IMG/VR virus record: IMGVR_UViG_3300031746_000002
Span: 64,001 to 128,000 of that record
Strand: one strand, 5' to 3'
Length of the DNA stretch: 64,000 nucleotides
Origin: a virus
The notes beneath the pieces were generated by a model. It saw only the letters and a program-made list of their open reading frames with translations. It did not search any database and was not told where the DNA came from. How positions within the stretch are numbered: the stretch's first letter is position 1; every line of letters starts with the position of its first letter. Below, in pieces: positions 16,573 to 26,790 of the stretch. Position numbers and translations under genes: made by a program.

Positions 16573-19491
16573 ATGCCACGCAAAGCAAATATTAGAGGTG
16601 TTGATTTTATAAAACCAAAGAAAACAAAAGAAAAATCACTCTTCGATTCTTTTGATAGATCAGTAGAAGCAAAGAGCAGCAACTTAGGAATATATTGGGA
16701 AGAAAATCCTGTTGGAATTAGAGAATTTGTAACAAGCTTTGACCATATGGGAATACCCAATGGTTTGAGTGATGAACAGTACGAACCATTAGAATTTTTA
16801 TTTGGAAATGAACCAAAGAAAATTTTTGATAATGGTAACACAACAGGAATTGAAGAGTGGGGCAAAGGATGTATAAGCGGTGATGCTAAAATTAGGGATG
16901 TAGAAACAGGAACAGAATATACTATTGAACAACTATATAAATTAAAAAAAGAAATAACAGTACAATGTATTGATGAAGAAAATAAAATTAGAATATCGCA
17001 AGCATCAGTTCCTTGGATTAAAGGAATAGATGATTTATATGAAGTAAAAACAAAATTGGGAAAATCAATTAAAGTAACTAAAGAACATAGATTTAAAACA
17101 CAAAATGGCTGGAAACAATTAAAAGATCTTAGAGTTGACAGCGTTATATTAGATGACAATGATAAAGTAGAATGTAAGTTATGTGGAGAATATGTAAAAT
17201 CGATTCCAAACCACTTACAATGGAATCATCCAGATATAAAGTTAAATGATTATAAATTATTATTTCCTAAAGCAAAGGTATTATCAGATACATGGAAAAA
17301 ATCATGTGGCAGAGCTGGAAAGAAACATTGGGCATTTGGAAAAAAACATCTTAATTCTGGTATAGGATTTGTTAAATATAATAAATCGAGAACTGGTAAA
17401 ACATTTAATGAATATTTTGGTAAAGAAAAAAGTAAGCAAATAAAAGAAAAAATAAAAAATACAGTAAATAAAAATAATAGTCTTTTAACATTAGCTGAGT
17501 CTAAAAAAAAATATGGACGATCTGGTAAAAAACATCATAATTGGAAAGGCGGCATTAGTTATACTTATAAAATCGGTGATACTTATTTAGGAACATTTGG
17601 AAAAAAGCTTCATGAATATATTAGGAAAAGAGATAAAAATCATTGTAAGTTTTGTAAGAAACCAGTTAAAAATAAATTCAAAGGTGATATACATCATATA
17701 AATTATAACAAACTAGATGGTAGATTAGAAAATTTAATATTACTTTGTAAAAGCTGTCATTGTAAAACGCAATATGGTTTACGAAAAGTATGGATCGAAA
17801 AATGTTTAAATAAGATAATTAAACCCAAATGGGACACTATAACATCTATTACATTTTGGAAACATGATAAATATTATGATTTGGAAGTTGAAAAATATCA
17901 TAATTATTTAGCAAATGGTTTATATAACCATAATTCAGGGAAAGATTTAATAGCAGCAATTGGCTTATGTTATATCACACATGTTTTGCTTTGTTGTTCA
18001 GACCCACAGAAGTTGTTAGGAATAGGCGATATATCTGGGGAACCAATTGACTTTGTAAATGTAGCAACAAATGCAGACCAAGCATCAACAGTATTCTTTA
18101 CAAAGTTTACTGAAAGAGTAAAGCGTTGGAAATGGTTAAAGGATAAATATAATTTTAAAGTATCAGGACGAAGTTTAAATGCATTGACTACTAATAAGAA
18201 TAAGGAAATAAATTTATTCAATGATGATGTAGTAATAACATCAAACGGTATTTTATTTCCAAAGATGATAAGAGCATTCAGTGGTAACTCAGAGCAAGAA
18301 GCCCAGGAAGGTAAGAACTATTTAGTATTCATATTAGATGAAGCCAGCGGCTTTGCAGAGACAAAGACATTAAGTGCAGAGAAGATATATAAATCATTAA
18401 AGAGTTCAGCAAGAACAAGGTTTGGTGATAAGTGGAAATGCTTCATACTTTCATTTCCAAGATATAAAGATGATTTCATAGAAGTAATGCACAAAAAAGC
18501 AAAGAAACATTTGCATTGGCACACAGCAAAATTAGCAACATGGCAAGTAAAACCACCACATTGTTTCAGCGGCAAATGGTTTGAATATGAAGGACATAGA
18601 ATTCCATTAGAATACAAAGAAGATTTTGATGATGATCCAAGAGATGCAAAAGCAAAGTTCTTATGTATTCCGCCAGATGCAATTAATCCATTTATAGAAG
18701 AACAGGAAAAGATAGAGCTTTGTATAAATAAACAACGAAAGCAAATGTTCACATGTTATGATTCTCAGAAAGATAATTACGTACAGAAGAAACTAACGTT
18801 AGCACCTTGGATTAGAGTATTGCCAGCACATACTTATACATTGACTATAGACTTAGGAGTTAGTCAATGTAGTTGCGCATTATCATTGCATCATAAAGAA
18901 ATAAAAGGAAATATAGATATAATAGTACAAGACCTTGTAACAAGATGGGAGCCTATACCAAAGAAAGGATTGAGAGTAGATTTCTTTAATGTAGGTTCAA
19001 CCATTTCAATGCTTGTAAAAACATTGGGAGTAAAACAAGTAAGAGTATTCTTTGACCAATGGCAGAGTGAATTACTAATAAACATTTTAAAGAAGATAGG
19101 TATCAATGCTTTAATATATTATTTGGGTTATGAAAACTATCAAGACTTAAGAGAAAGAATTTATACAGGCAGAATAGACCTGCTTGATTATGCACCACAA
19201 ACAAAAGAGTTAAAAGAGATTTCATTAATTAAAGGTAATAAAGTAGACAGACCAGAAAATGGAACAAAGGATATTTGCGATACAGTAGCTGGTGCAATTT
19301 ATGTTCTAACAAAATATGATGAAGAGCATAGAGATAATAGGAAAGATAAAAGAGCACTGCTAGCAAAATTAAATGACGGTGAATTTATTGGATCTAATAT
19401 TTCTGAAATTGATGGTGAAGGAAATTATATTAAGCAAGAAGAAAATGCATTTGAAGGCGCAATCAGCGTATGGGATATTGCTGGTAAATAA
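16573..19491 (+). CDS. terL: Terminase large subunit, intein-containing
   Basis: Walker A GKG|SGKD split by intein; Walker B FILDEAS; nuclease LTIDLG, FFDQWQS, KVDRP...KDICD; upstream of portal. Confidence 0.92.
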   Translation: MPRKANIRGVDFIKPKKTKEKSLFDSFDRSVEAKSSNLGIYWEENPVGIREFVTSFDHMGIPNGLSDEQYEPLEFLFGNEPKKIFDNGNTTGIEEWGKGCISGDAKIRDVETGTEYTIEQLYKLKKEITVQCIDEENKIRISQASVPWIKGIDDLYEVKTKLGKSIKVTKEHRFKTQNGWKQLKDLRVDSVILDDNDKVECKLCGEYVKSIPNHLQWNHPDIKLNDYKLLFPKAKVLSDTWKKSCGRAGKKHWAFGKKHLNSGIGFVKYNKSRTGKTFNEYFGKEKSKQIKEKIKNTVNKNNSLLTLAESKKKYGRSGKKHHNWKGGISYTYKIGDTYLGTFGKKLHEYIRKRDKNHCKFCKKPVKNKFKGDIHHINYNKLDGRLENLILLCKSCHCKTQYGLRKVWIEKCLNKIIKPKWDTITSITFWKHDKYYDLEVEKYHNYLANGLYNHNSGKDLIAAIGLCYITHVLLCCSDPQKLLGIGDISGEPIDFVNVATNADQASTVFFTKFTERVKRWKWLKDKYNFKVSGRSLNALTTNKNKEINLFNDDVVITSNGILFPKMIRAFSGNSEQEAQEGKNYLVFILDEASGFAETKTLSAEKIYKSLKSSARTRFGDKWKCFILSFPRYKDDFIEVMHKKAKKHLHWHTAKLATWQVKPPHCFSGKWFEYEGHRIPLEYKEDFDDDPRDAKAKFLCIPPDAINPFIEEQEKIELCINKQRKQMFTCYDSQKDNYVQKKLTLAPWIRVLPAHTYTLTIDLGVSQCSCALSLHHKEIKGNIDIIVQDLVTRWEPIPKKGLRVDFFNVGSTISMLVKTLGVKQVRVFFDQWQSELLINILKKIGINALIYYLGYENYQDLRERIYTGRIDLLDYAPQTKELKEISLIKGNKVDRPENGTKDICDTVAGAIYVLTKYDEEHRDNRKDKRALLAKLNDGEFIGSNISEIDGEGNYIKQEENAFEGAISVWDIAGK
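16870..17934 (+). mobile_element. Intein (355 aa) carrying a C2H2 zinc finger and an HNH homing endonuclease
   Basis: N-terminal C(ISGD), block B VTKEHRF, C-terminal YDLEVEKYHNYLANGLYNHN followed by Ser; CKFC...DIHHINYNK..NLILLCKSCH. Confidence 0.93.
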
Positions 19492-19502
19492 AGGAGGAAA
19501 TA

Positions 19503-21161
19503 ATGTTAACAAAGCAAGCAATAATAAATGACCTTAAAAAGATTTTGGCTTATTCAACCCAGAAACTTAGTGCTATGTCATTAGATGATATAGAAGAAGA
19601 ATTTGGAAATTTGTATGATACTATAAAATGGTCAAAAAAGAATGTAACTGCTGAACAGCTGAAAACAATAATACTTGATATAAACAAAAGATTCAATGTT
19701 GAAGATATAGAACAAAAACTAGAAGATATATTTGATAAAATTGATAGTGTTATTAGCAGAGCTGCTTCATTAGAAAAGAAAGCAGCTATTGATAACTTGA
19801 TGGAATTGATGGATCGAGACTTTGAAATCACTGATGCAGACATGGTTGAATTAAAAGAAGATGAAATTGAATTCGTATTAAAGCACCCAGCAAAATTTGA
19901 TATGAAAGCAAATGAAATTAAAAGTCTAGAAGATAAGTTAAAGCGGCTTAGGGCATCATTGAAAAAAGAAGCAATACTCAGTGTTGGTACTGAAGTAGAA
20001 ACTCTTGATGGTTCTGGAGTAATAACTAAAGTTAAAGATATGGGATTGAACGATTCTTATTATACTGTAAAATTAGAAAATGGGGAAGAGCATGATTATT
20101 ATCCTGATGCTAAAGAAGTATGGCTTAAAGCTACATTAGAAAAAGAAGCAGGATTAGGAAAGCATATTGCAGAAACATTAGAAGCAGCTGGAATTAATGT
20201 AGCTTTTGAAATGAGTGAGGATGGAATTATAGTTGAAGATGAAAAGGATGCAAAGAAAGTAATGAAAGTTCTTGATGACTCTGGTAGCTTTGGACCCACA
20301 GCATATAATAATGAAACTAAAGAAATTATGATAGGAGAGTATAAAGAAAAGAAATCTTTATTAAAAAAAGAAGCTTCAAAATATACACGTTGGGCATCAA
20401 CTGATAGCCAAGAAGAAGCCATTGAAACTATAGAAGAAACACTTAATCTATTAGGTATTAAACTTGGCGGAGGAACTGCTATAGGTAAATCACCACAAAC
20501 TGTGATTTTAGATATTAAATATCAAGACGGTGCAATAAGTGTTAATGCTGAAGGTGAAGTTAAATTATTCGGTGATGATGTTACTGGCATAATTAATGAA
20601 AAAGATGGCATAGCAGATAAATTAAAAGAAAATGGTATTGAAGTTAAAGAATCAACTGAAGCTAATCCAAACTATGAAATCAAAACAGGTTCTGCTAATG
20701 AGCTTAAAGAAATAGAAGCAAGCATCAGGAAGAACCACCCAAACATTACAGACCTTGAAGTAGGAAGGCAGATGAGGGATATTATAACAGTAGCAAAAGG
20801 GAAAGCTACAGATAAGAAAGTTATTGCAAGATTAACAACAGCAGAAATCAGTAACATGTTTCCAGAATTTGATAAGACAGGAGGGGTATGGCAAGTGGAA
20901 GAAAAAAATGGTAAGAAGACAATCATACGACCTGACATTAAAGCTATTGAAGAAGCAGTAGAAAACAAAGGGCATATCAGAAAGGTTAATGATATAGTCC
21001 TTTATGATGATGGAAGTCCAGATAGCAAAATGTTTGAAGTCCAGATAAAAGAAATCCTTGATGGCGGCAAATACAAGGTTATAGCAATGCAAACAGGTAA
21101 AGAATTCACAGCAGTGGAATCACAGCTCCTAGATGAGTCAAAAATTGAAGAGCTAATGTAA
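19503..21161 (+). CDS. Putative head polyprotein 2
   Basis: AAGGAGG RBS; MLTKQA start; linkers ASLEKKA, ASLKKEA, ATLEKEA, SLLKKEA; two SH3/Tudor-like modules. Confidence 0.7.
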   Translation: MLTKQAIINDLKKILAYSTQKLSAMSLDDIEEEFGNLYDTIKWSKKNVTAEQLKTIILDINKRFNVEDIEQKLEDIFDKIDSVISRAASLEKKAAIDNLMELMDRDFEITDADMVELKEDEIEFVLKHPAKFDMKANEIKSLEDKLKRLRASLKKEAILSVGTEVETLDGSGVITKVKDMGLNDSYYTVKLENGEEHDYYPDAKEVWLKATLEKEAGLGKHIAETLEAAGINVAFEMSEDGIIVEDEKDAKKVMKVLDDSGSFGPTAYNNETKEIMIGEYKEKKSLLKKEASKYTRWASTDSQEEAIETIEETLNLLGIKLGGGTAIGKSPQTVILDIKYQDGAISVNAEGEVKLFGDDVTGIINEKDGIADKLKENGIEVKESTEANPNYEIKTGSANELKEIEASIRKNHPNITDLEVGRQMRDIITVAKGKATDKKVIARLTTAEISNMFPEFDKTGGVWQVEEKNGKKTIIRPDIKAIEEAVENKGHIRKVNDIVLYDDGSPDSKMFEVQIKEILDGGKYKVIAMQTGKEFTAVESQLLDESKIEELM

Positions 21162-21337
21162 GTCATATGAAAATACCTGAATGGGTATTAAAATTGAGCA
21201 GAAGACTCCAGGAACGATATGGCGATGATGTAGGGAAGGTATTATTTATTGCTATAGGATTAATTGTAATAATAGCATTATTCGTATACATGCAATTCAC
21301 AGTTTACAGCATACTATCTAAATGAGGAGGAAACAGT

Positions 21338-22558
21338 ATGGAATTCATTAAAAGCAACACAGACCTTGTTGATAACCAAAGATCTGAGGAAACAGAAAAT
21401 GGAGACCCAGTATTAAATGCACTTAAAAAGAAAGCAGGCAGCACAGGTGATTACAATGTAACAAGATGGTTGTCTGATAGAAGCTTTGCAGGAACAAACA
21501 CAAAGCAAGAAATCATTGAGCTCGACAGACAGCTTATAAAAATGATAAACGAAAAAATGTTCGGTTATAAATATATAGAAGAATATCTGTCAACAGTAGG
21601 CTACCAGAAAGCATTGATACGTGCAAGGTTTAAAGTTTTAACAGGTGCAGATTATGAGGACTTTATGCCTTATGCAAAGTTCTTAAAGACTCCTCCAACA
21701 ATTCCTGGAATTAACTACGGCTGGGGAGTAAGTAAAGATTCTAAGTACGAACATTATTTCATTCAGCCATATTATCTGGGATATTCTATCTGGGGGCAAA
21801 AGGGTTATCTTGATAGGAAAGAAGTCAATGCATTTCTTACACTGGAACTTGCACAGAAAGCAATGGAGAAACTAGTAAAAGAATTTATCTATTATGATGT
21901 AATTGTAGATGTACCAGCAACACAGAAACCAGTATTACTTACAGAGCCAGTTGGTACATATGAAAGAGGGCAGAGAAAACAAGAACAGCAAGACATTGCA
22001 ATGAAGAAAGCAATGTTAGAAATTCAAGCCGATAGTGATGCAGATGAAGAGCCTTCACCCGAAGAAACAGCGAAAAAGGAGGAAACGATGGAAGAGGCTG
22101 ATAAGAGGAAACAAATTCCATTTGACTCAATTCGAAAAGAACTTACTCCTCATGATATGTTTGAAAATGAGAAACAAGAAGTTTCTGGAGATATAGTTCC
22201 AAAGACAATAAAGAAAGTTGTTGATTACATAAAAGCAAAAGATGAAGCTATCACTGCTTATGTAGTTACAATAGATAGTTTCAAATATAAGCAAGAGGAA
22301 CTTGAGTCTATCATAAAGAATGTTACTCCTGCTATAGAAGAGGAAAAGGTTGAAGAGTATTTCACATCAAACGCAGTAATTACAGTAGTGATTAATATAC
22401 AGAATAAGAAAGCATCAACAGGCAACATGAAACAAGGCTACATGGTTTTCACAGTTTTTAATGGTGATGTAGTTAGTGATGATACATTCAAAGGTGAAGA
22501 CGATAAGATATATGGTCTTACTGAAGCTGGACTAGATCAGTACTTCAGTATAAGATAA
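21338..22558 (+). CDS. Virion/head-associated protein (hypothetical)
   Basis: GAGGAGG RBS; ALKKKA motif near N-terminus; directly upstream of portal. Confidence 0.55.
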   Translation: MEFIKSNTDLVDNQRSEETENGDPVLNALKKKAGSTGDYNVTRWLSDRSFAGTNTKQEIIELDRQLIKMINEKMFGYKYIEEYLSTVGYQKALIRARFKVLTGADYEDFMPYAKFLKTPPTIPGINYGWGVSKDSKYEHYFIQPYYLGYSIWGQKGYLDRKEVNAFLTLELAQKAMEKLVKEFIYYDVIVDVPATQKPVLLTEPVGTYERGQRKQEQQDIAMKKAMLEIQADSDADEEPSPEETAKKEETMEEADKRKQIPFDSIRKELTPHDMFENEKQEVSGDIVPKTIKKVVDYIKAKDEAITAYVVTIDSFKYKQEELESIIKNVTPAIEEEKVEEYFTSNAVITVVINIQNKKASTGNMKQGYMVFTVFNGDVVSDDTFKGEDDKIYGLTEAGLDQYFSIR

Positions 22559-22584
22559 ATTGGAACAACGATAAGGAGATTACA

Positions 22585-24516
22585 ATGGCAAAGTTAGAAG
22601 ATTTTAGTGAAGCACAAAAAAAACGTGCTATAGAACGTTTGGAAAAATTAAATCCTTTAAGTCTTAAAAGGCCTTTACATAAGGGTGAAGAAAATATAGC
22701 TTCTAAAGTAGAGGAACAAATATTTAAAAGACAGGCAGCATTGAAAAGAGAAGCTGGAGACTCTTATTCATTTTCAATGGATTCTACAGCAGGTGTTTCA
22801 AGAGTACCCATTCTATTTGTAGACCCACTATTTGACCCAGTCTTGTTGTTATTTCCTACAGGCGATCTTGAACAATTAAATAAACGGTTACGACATTATT
22901 ATATGTATCATTATTTAGTAGGGAATTTAATAGACCTACACAGCGAATTTCCATTGTCTGATCATGTGCTTGAATGTGAAGATGATAGCATAAAGAAATA
23001 TTACAATGATTTCAAAGACAGAATAGGTGCATTAGATATAATGACACAACAGTTAAGAGGTTATCATTTATTGGGAGAAGCAGTACATTATGGGAACTGG
23101 GATAACAATAACTTTGAATGGGAAAGCTTCACACAGTTCCAGCCAGAAGATATAGAATTGATGGATACGTTTGTAAGTCAACCAGTATTCTTCTTGAAAG
23201 TAAAGAAAGACTCTGAAATAGGAAAGATAGTAAACAACACTTCAGATATGGTAGCAAGAGCAATCACTGAATTACTTCCAGATAAATTAGTATCAGCAGC
23301 AAGGACAGGAAGAAGGGTGCATCTCGATTCAAGCCGAGTTTTGTACTTTGCTAATAAGCCAGAAGGAAGTATGAAGCGTGGACATTCATTGCTTAAAAGA
23401 TGTTTGAAAGATCTAGTGCATGAAGATAGGTTAAGGTTACTTCAACAGAGTTTTATTGAAAGACATTCAAAGCCAATTAAGATATTTAAAGTGGGTTCAA
23501 AAGAACTTGGTTGGATCCCATCAGACAGGCATATGGTGAAACTGCAGAAGTTACTTGCGCAAGCAGCAAATGACCCTGATTTCAATTTAATATATCACCC
23601 ATTCTTAGAGGTTGATTATGTAGGGACAAAAGAAAAGATCACAAACCTCAGTGAAGAATTCGATGATGTACAGAAAAAGATTATGGTAGGATTATTTGCT
23701 AATGATGCATTAGTGCATGGGGAAGCCACTACTTACGCATCTAGTACTGTTCAGCTTAAAATCATAATGTATAGATACTTAGCACAGAGGGCGAAGCTGG
23801 AGAACCTTTGGAAGTATAGAGTGTATCTACCATTAGCAATGAAGAGGGGATTTGTAAGAAGGAGTAAAGCAGAGATAGATCACAATCTACGAATTAATAG
23901 TAAGCTTGATAAATATATAAAGGTTAAAGGACAGGATAGATTAATTGAAGCAGAATTTGTAACAGGTTCTCAAGGACAGAGACTTAATGGTGATGATGGT
24001 AAACCTTTATTAAGGATAGGGAATTCTGTTTATAGAGGCAGTGAATATGATAAATATATAATCCCAGAATATATTTGGCAGAAGAGGAACTTAGTAGACA
24101 GTTCATCTGAAAGGGACATGTTAAGACAACTTAGAGATAATAGTGAAATTCCATTTGAGATGATTGCAGATGCAATGGGTTGGGATATGAAGCATATTGA
24201 AGACATGCTTAAGAAAGAACAGTCAACAGTATTTGATCCAAAATACCGTGCAATAGTAGATGAAAAAACAAAAGATGATGATGCTTATAAAGAGCAGATA
24301 CTTTTAAAGAAGACTCCAGAAGAGGCATTGAAAGAATTAGAAAGACAAAAGCAGAAAGAGAAAGCACCAGTGGTTGAACAAGAAACAGCAGAACAACCTG
24401 AATTAAAAATTCCTGCTAAAGAAGAGACCCCAGAATTACCGCCAGAAGAGGGCGAAAAGAAAGAACCAAAGAAACCCCGAACACCAGTAGGTGGCGAGGA
24501 AACGATAAAGGAATAA
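22585..24516 (+). CDS. Portal protein
   Basis: Position after terL; LVGNLIDLHSEFP, LLGEAVHY, GHSLLKRCLKDL, GEATTYASS; acidic/proline tail; ALKREA motif near N-terminus. Confidence 0.85.
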   Translation: MAKLEDFSEAQKKRAIERLEKLNPLSLKRPLHKGEENIASKVEEQIFKRQAALKREAGDSYSFSMDSTAGVSRVPILFVDPLFDPVLLLFPTGDLEQLNKRLRHYYMYHYLVGNLIDLHSEFPLSDHVLECEDDSIKKYYNDFKDRIGALDIMTQQLRGYHLLGEAVHYGNWDNNNFEWESFTQFQPEDIELMDTFVSQPVFFLKVKKDSEIGKIVNNTSDMVARAITELLPDKLVSAARTGRRVHLDSSRVLYFANKPEGSMKRGHSLLKRCLKDLVHEDRLRLLQQSFIERHSKPIKIFKVGSKELGWIPSDRHMVKLQKLLAQAANDPDFNLIYHPFLEVDYVGTKEKITNLSEEFDDVQKKIMVGLFANDALVHGEATTYASSTVQLKIIMYRYLAQRAKLENLWKYRVYLPLAMKRGFVRRSKAEIDHNLRINSKLDKYIKVKGQDRLIEAEFVTGSQGQRLNGDDGKPLLRIGNSVYRGSEYDKYIIPEYIWQKRNLVDSSSERDMLRQLRDNSEIPFEMIADAMGWDMKHIEDMLKKEQSTVFDPKYRAIVDEKTKDDDAYKEQILLKKTPEEALKELERQKQKEKAPVVEQETAEQPELKIPAKEETPELPPEEGEKKEPKKPRTPVGGEETIKE

Positions 24517-24634
24517 ACGATGAATGGTATACTCATTCCTGTTGTAACAATCATAATTGGTAGTGATGGTAAAGAATATACGACAGTTAGAACAATATTC
24601 TATACAGCTGATTATTCAACTCGTAATTGGTTAG

Positions 24635-24880
24635 ATGAGGACTGCTATGAAATTAATAATCAAGAGCCATGAGGGTGAATTTGAAGTTGATACATCAGAC
24701 ACAATAACAATTGGAGAATTAGTAGAAGTAGCAAGAAAACATTTCAAGCTTCAAAAACGCGGACATTATGTGTTAGGTAAGTTCAATCACGTATCCGTTG
24801 AATTTATGGCTTCATCAAGATTATCAGAGTTATGTTTAAAAGATAATGATGTGTTAATCTTTGAAAACTATACAAGTTAA
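24635..24880 (+). CDS. Ubiquitin-like beta-grasp protein (EsaB/YukD-like), no C-terminal GG
   Basis: MKLIIKS...EVDTSDTITIGELVE...RLSELCLKDNDVLIF parallels the ubiquitin pattern (TI..L/V, TLSDYNI..ESTL). Confidence 0.65.
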   Translation: MRTAMKLIIKSHEGEFEVDTSDTITIGELVEVARKHFKLQKRGHYVLGKFNHVSVEFMASSRLSELCLKDNDVLIFENYTS

Positions 24881-24921
24881 CAAAAAAGGCTTAATAATAA
24901 GATAAGCATAGGAGGGATTCA

Positions 24922-25167
24922 ATGAGTCAGGTTGAAGAAAGAGTAAAAGACTTGATTGATGAATTGTCAGGAATAAGTGGAAATGAAATAGTTTCTACTG
25001 ATCGTATTGAAGAAGATTTATGCATTGATGAATTAGATAAAGTAGAATTGATGATGTCTATTGAAGATGAATTTGTGCTAGATGGAATATCAGATGAAGA
25101 TACTGAGAAAATAAAAACAGTGCAAGACTTAGTGGATTATGTAGAGAAGAATAAACAAGATGAATAA
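24922..25167 (+). CDS. Acyl carrier protein homolog lacking the phosphopantetheine serine (DSL changed to DEL)
   Basis: VEERVKDLI...EDLCIDELDKVELMMSIEDEF...ISDEDTEKIKTVQDLVDYV. Confidence 0.88.
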   Translation: MSQVEERVKDLIDELSGISGNEIVSTDRIEEDLCIDELDKVELMMSIEDEFVLDGISDEDTEKIKTVQDLVDYVEKNKQDE

Positions 25168-25814
25168 TAGAATGACTGCATCAGAATACCTTAATACTCA
25201 TTGCCCTTGCGGAATGAAACTTGATAGTACTTCTACCATTCCTTCTTATCTTCAAACTATATATCATAATAATGAAATAGTTTATGCAATTTGTATGCAT
25301 GGGCATGTAGTAATTGATAAACTAAATAAAGGAGAGAACAATGAAAATCGAAACAAGGAAGAAGCGGACATTCAAAGCACATGAAGAAACAGTAATTGTA
25401 TTAGAGTCATTTGATGAAATAGCATTCATGAGGGATATAGTCGATGCATATATCTTTACAACTACAAGCGATGAACTGCAGCCCACAGCAACAAGAGAAA
25501 GATTCGTTAATGATTTAAAAGCTCTTTGCGAATCAAAACTAAAAGAATAACATGCAACTTACTCATTGTTTAAATTGCACAAAGAAAATTCCTAAGTCAA
25601 AGCAGAAACAAGGACTTCGGATATACTGCACTAAATGCAGTAAGATAGTAAATAAAAAACAGATTAGTAAAAGGGTTATGAAGTTTTATATATTTCACCC
25701 TGAAAAGAAATATAGATGGTGTAAAGTTTGTCAATCATATGGAATGCGACGTAAGATTAAAGATGGAATTAAAATATATCATTGCAAAAATTGTAATGAG
25801 ACATGGAGCAGAAA

Positions 25815-26225
25815 ATGAAAACAATAACATCAGATATAATCATTGATCTAATTGCAATAGGATTAGTATTAACAACTGTAACATTAGTTGGCTGTATTCA
25901 TCGACCAGCAACAACTATCACTACTACTGTAAGTACAGGAGCAGTGCATGTTGATGTGCCTATAAACAATACAGGGGTTGACGCCAGTTCAGCAACAATA
26001 AATGCTAATGATAATAAGGTAGGGGTCAATGATAACAAAGCAGGCGTCAATGATAACGTAGTAAAGGATAATAAGGTTTATATAGAACACATAGTTTATG
26101 TCCCATCAGCTACTGTAGTAGGAGTAATAGGAACATTGAAACCGTGGCAGTTCATTTTTATTGTGTTAGTTTTAGCTGTAGTTGGTATAATATGTTTTAT
26201 GATTTATATTAATAAAAAAAAATAA
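25815..26225 (+). CDS. Lipoprotein with C-terminal transmembrane helix (u-spanin-like architecture)
   Basis: Hydrophobic signal ending lipobox LVG-C; NDNKxGV repeats; C-terminal TM followed by NKKK. Confidence 0.55.
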   Translation: MKTITSDIIIDLIAIGLVLTTVTLVGCIHRPATTITTTVSTGAVHVDVPINNTGVDASSATINANDNKVGVNDNKAGVNDNVVKDNKVYIEHIVYVPSATVVGVIGTLKPWQFIFIVLVLAVVGIICFMIYINKKK

Positions 26226-26235
26226 AGGAGGATTT

Positions 26236-26487
26236 ATGGTAAGAGGAAAGTTTGTAGTTACACAGATCAACATTTATAAAGGAAGTAAAAAAGAAGGAGA
26301 CAAGTGGGTTGAATGCGAAGGTAGGACAATTTATTTAAGTCCAGTAATGGAAGGATCAAAAGAGAATGAAATATTTGGCAATGCAAGTCCATGTGGAAAA
26401 ATTGAAATATCTATTTTAAATTCAGATGCATTTAATCAGTTTGAATGGAATAAAGAATACTATGTCGATTTTACAAAGGCAGAATAA
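26236..26487 (+). CDS. Conserved small phage protein
   Basis: MVRGKF...EN..F..ASP.G.I.I.I.N..A...F...KEYYVDFT pattern; AGGAGG RBS. Confidence 0.6.
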   Translation: MVRGKFVVTQINIYKGSKKEGDKWVECEGRTIYLSPVMEGSKENEIFGNASPCGKIEISILNSDAFNQFEWNKEYYVDFTKAE

Positions 26488-26733
26488 ATGAAAGTAAAAG
26501 TTTGCGTTACTATTCCTTCAAATCTTTATATCTTAATGGAAGCATTCAGAAAAAAGATTAAGATGACAAGAAGTAAGTTCATTGAAAAAGCAATCAACAA
26601 TTTCTTGGGCCCTACATATGACATAAAAGAATTGAAGAAATGGAAGAAAGTTTACAAAGCATTAGAGAAAGACGATATAATAACCAGCAGGGAAATGATG
26701 AAGATAGTAAACAAAACATTACCAAAGAAATAA
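26488..26733 (+). CDS. Ribbon-helix-helix DNA-binding protein
   Basis: KVCVTIPSNLY..ME.....MTRSKFIEKAI. Confidence 0.7.
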   Translation: MKVKVCVTIPSNLYILMEAFRKKIKMTRSKFIEKAINNFLGPTYDIKELKKWKKVYKALEKDDIITSREMMKIVNKTLPKK

Positions 26734-26790
26734 ATGTTTACCCGATACAAAAATATAAATAAAAAAACTAGGGTAAAAAAGGAGAACAAA

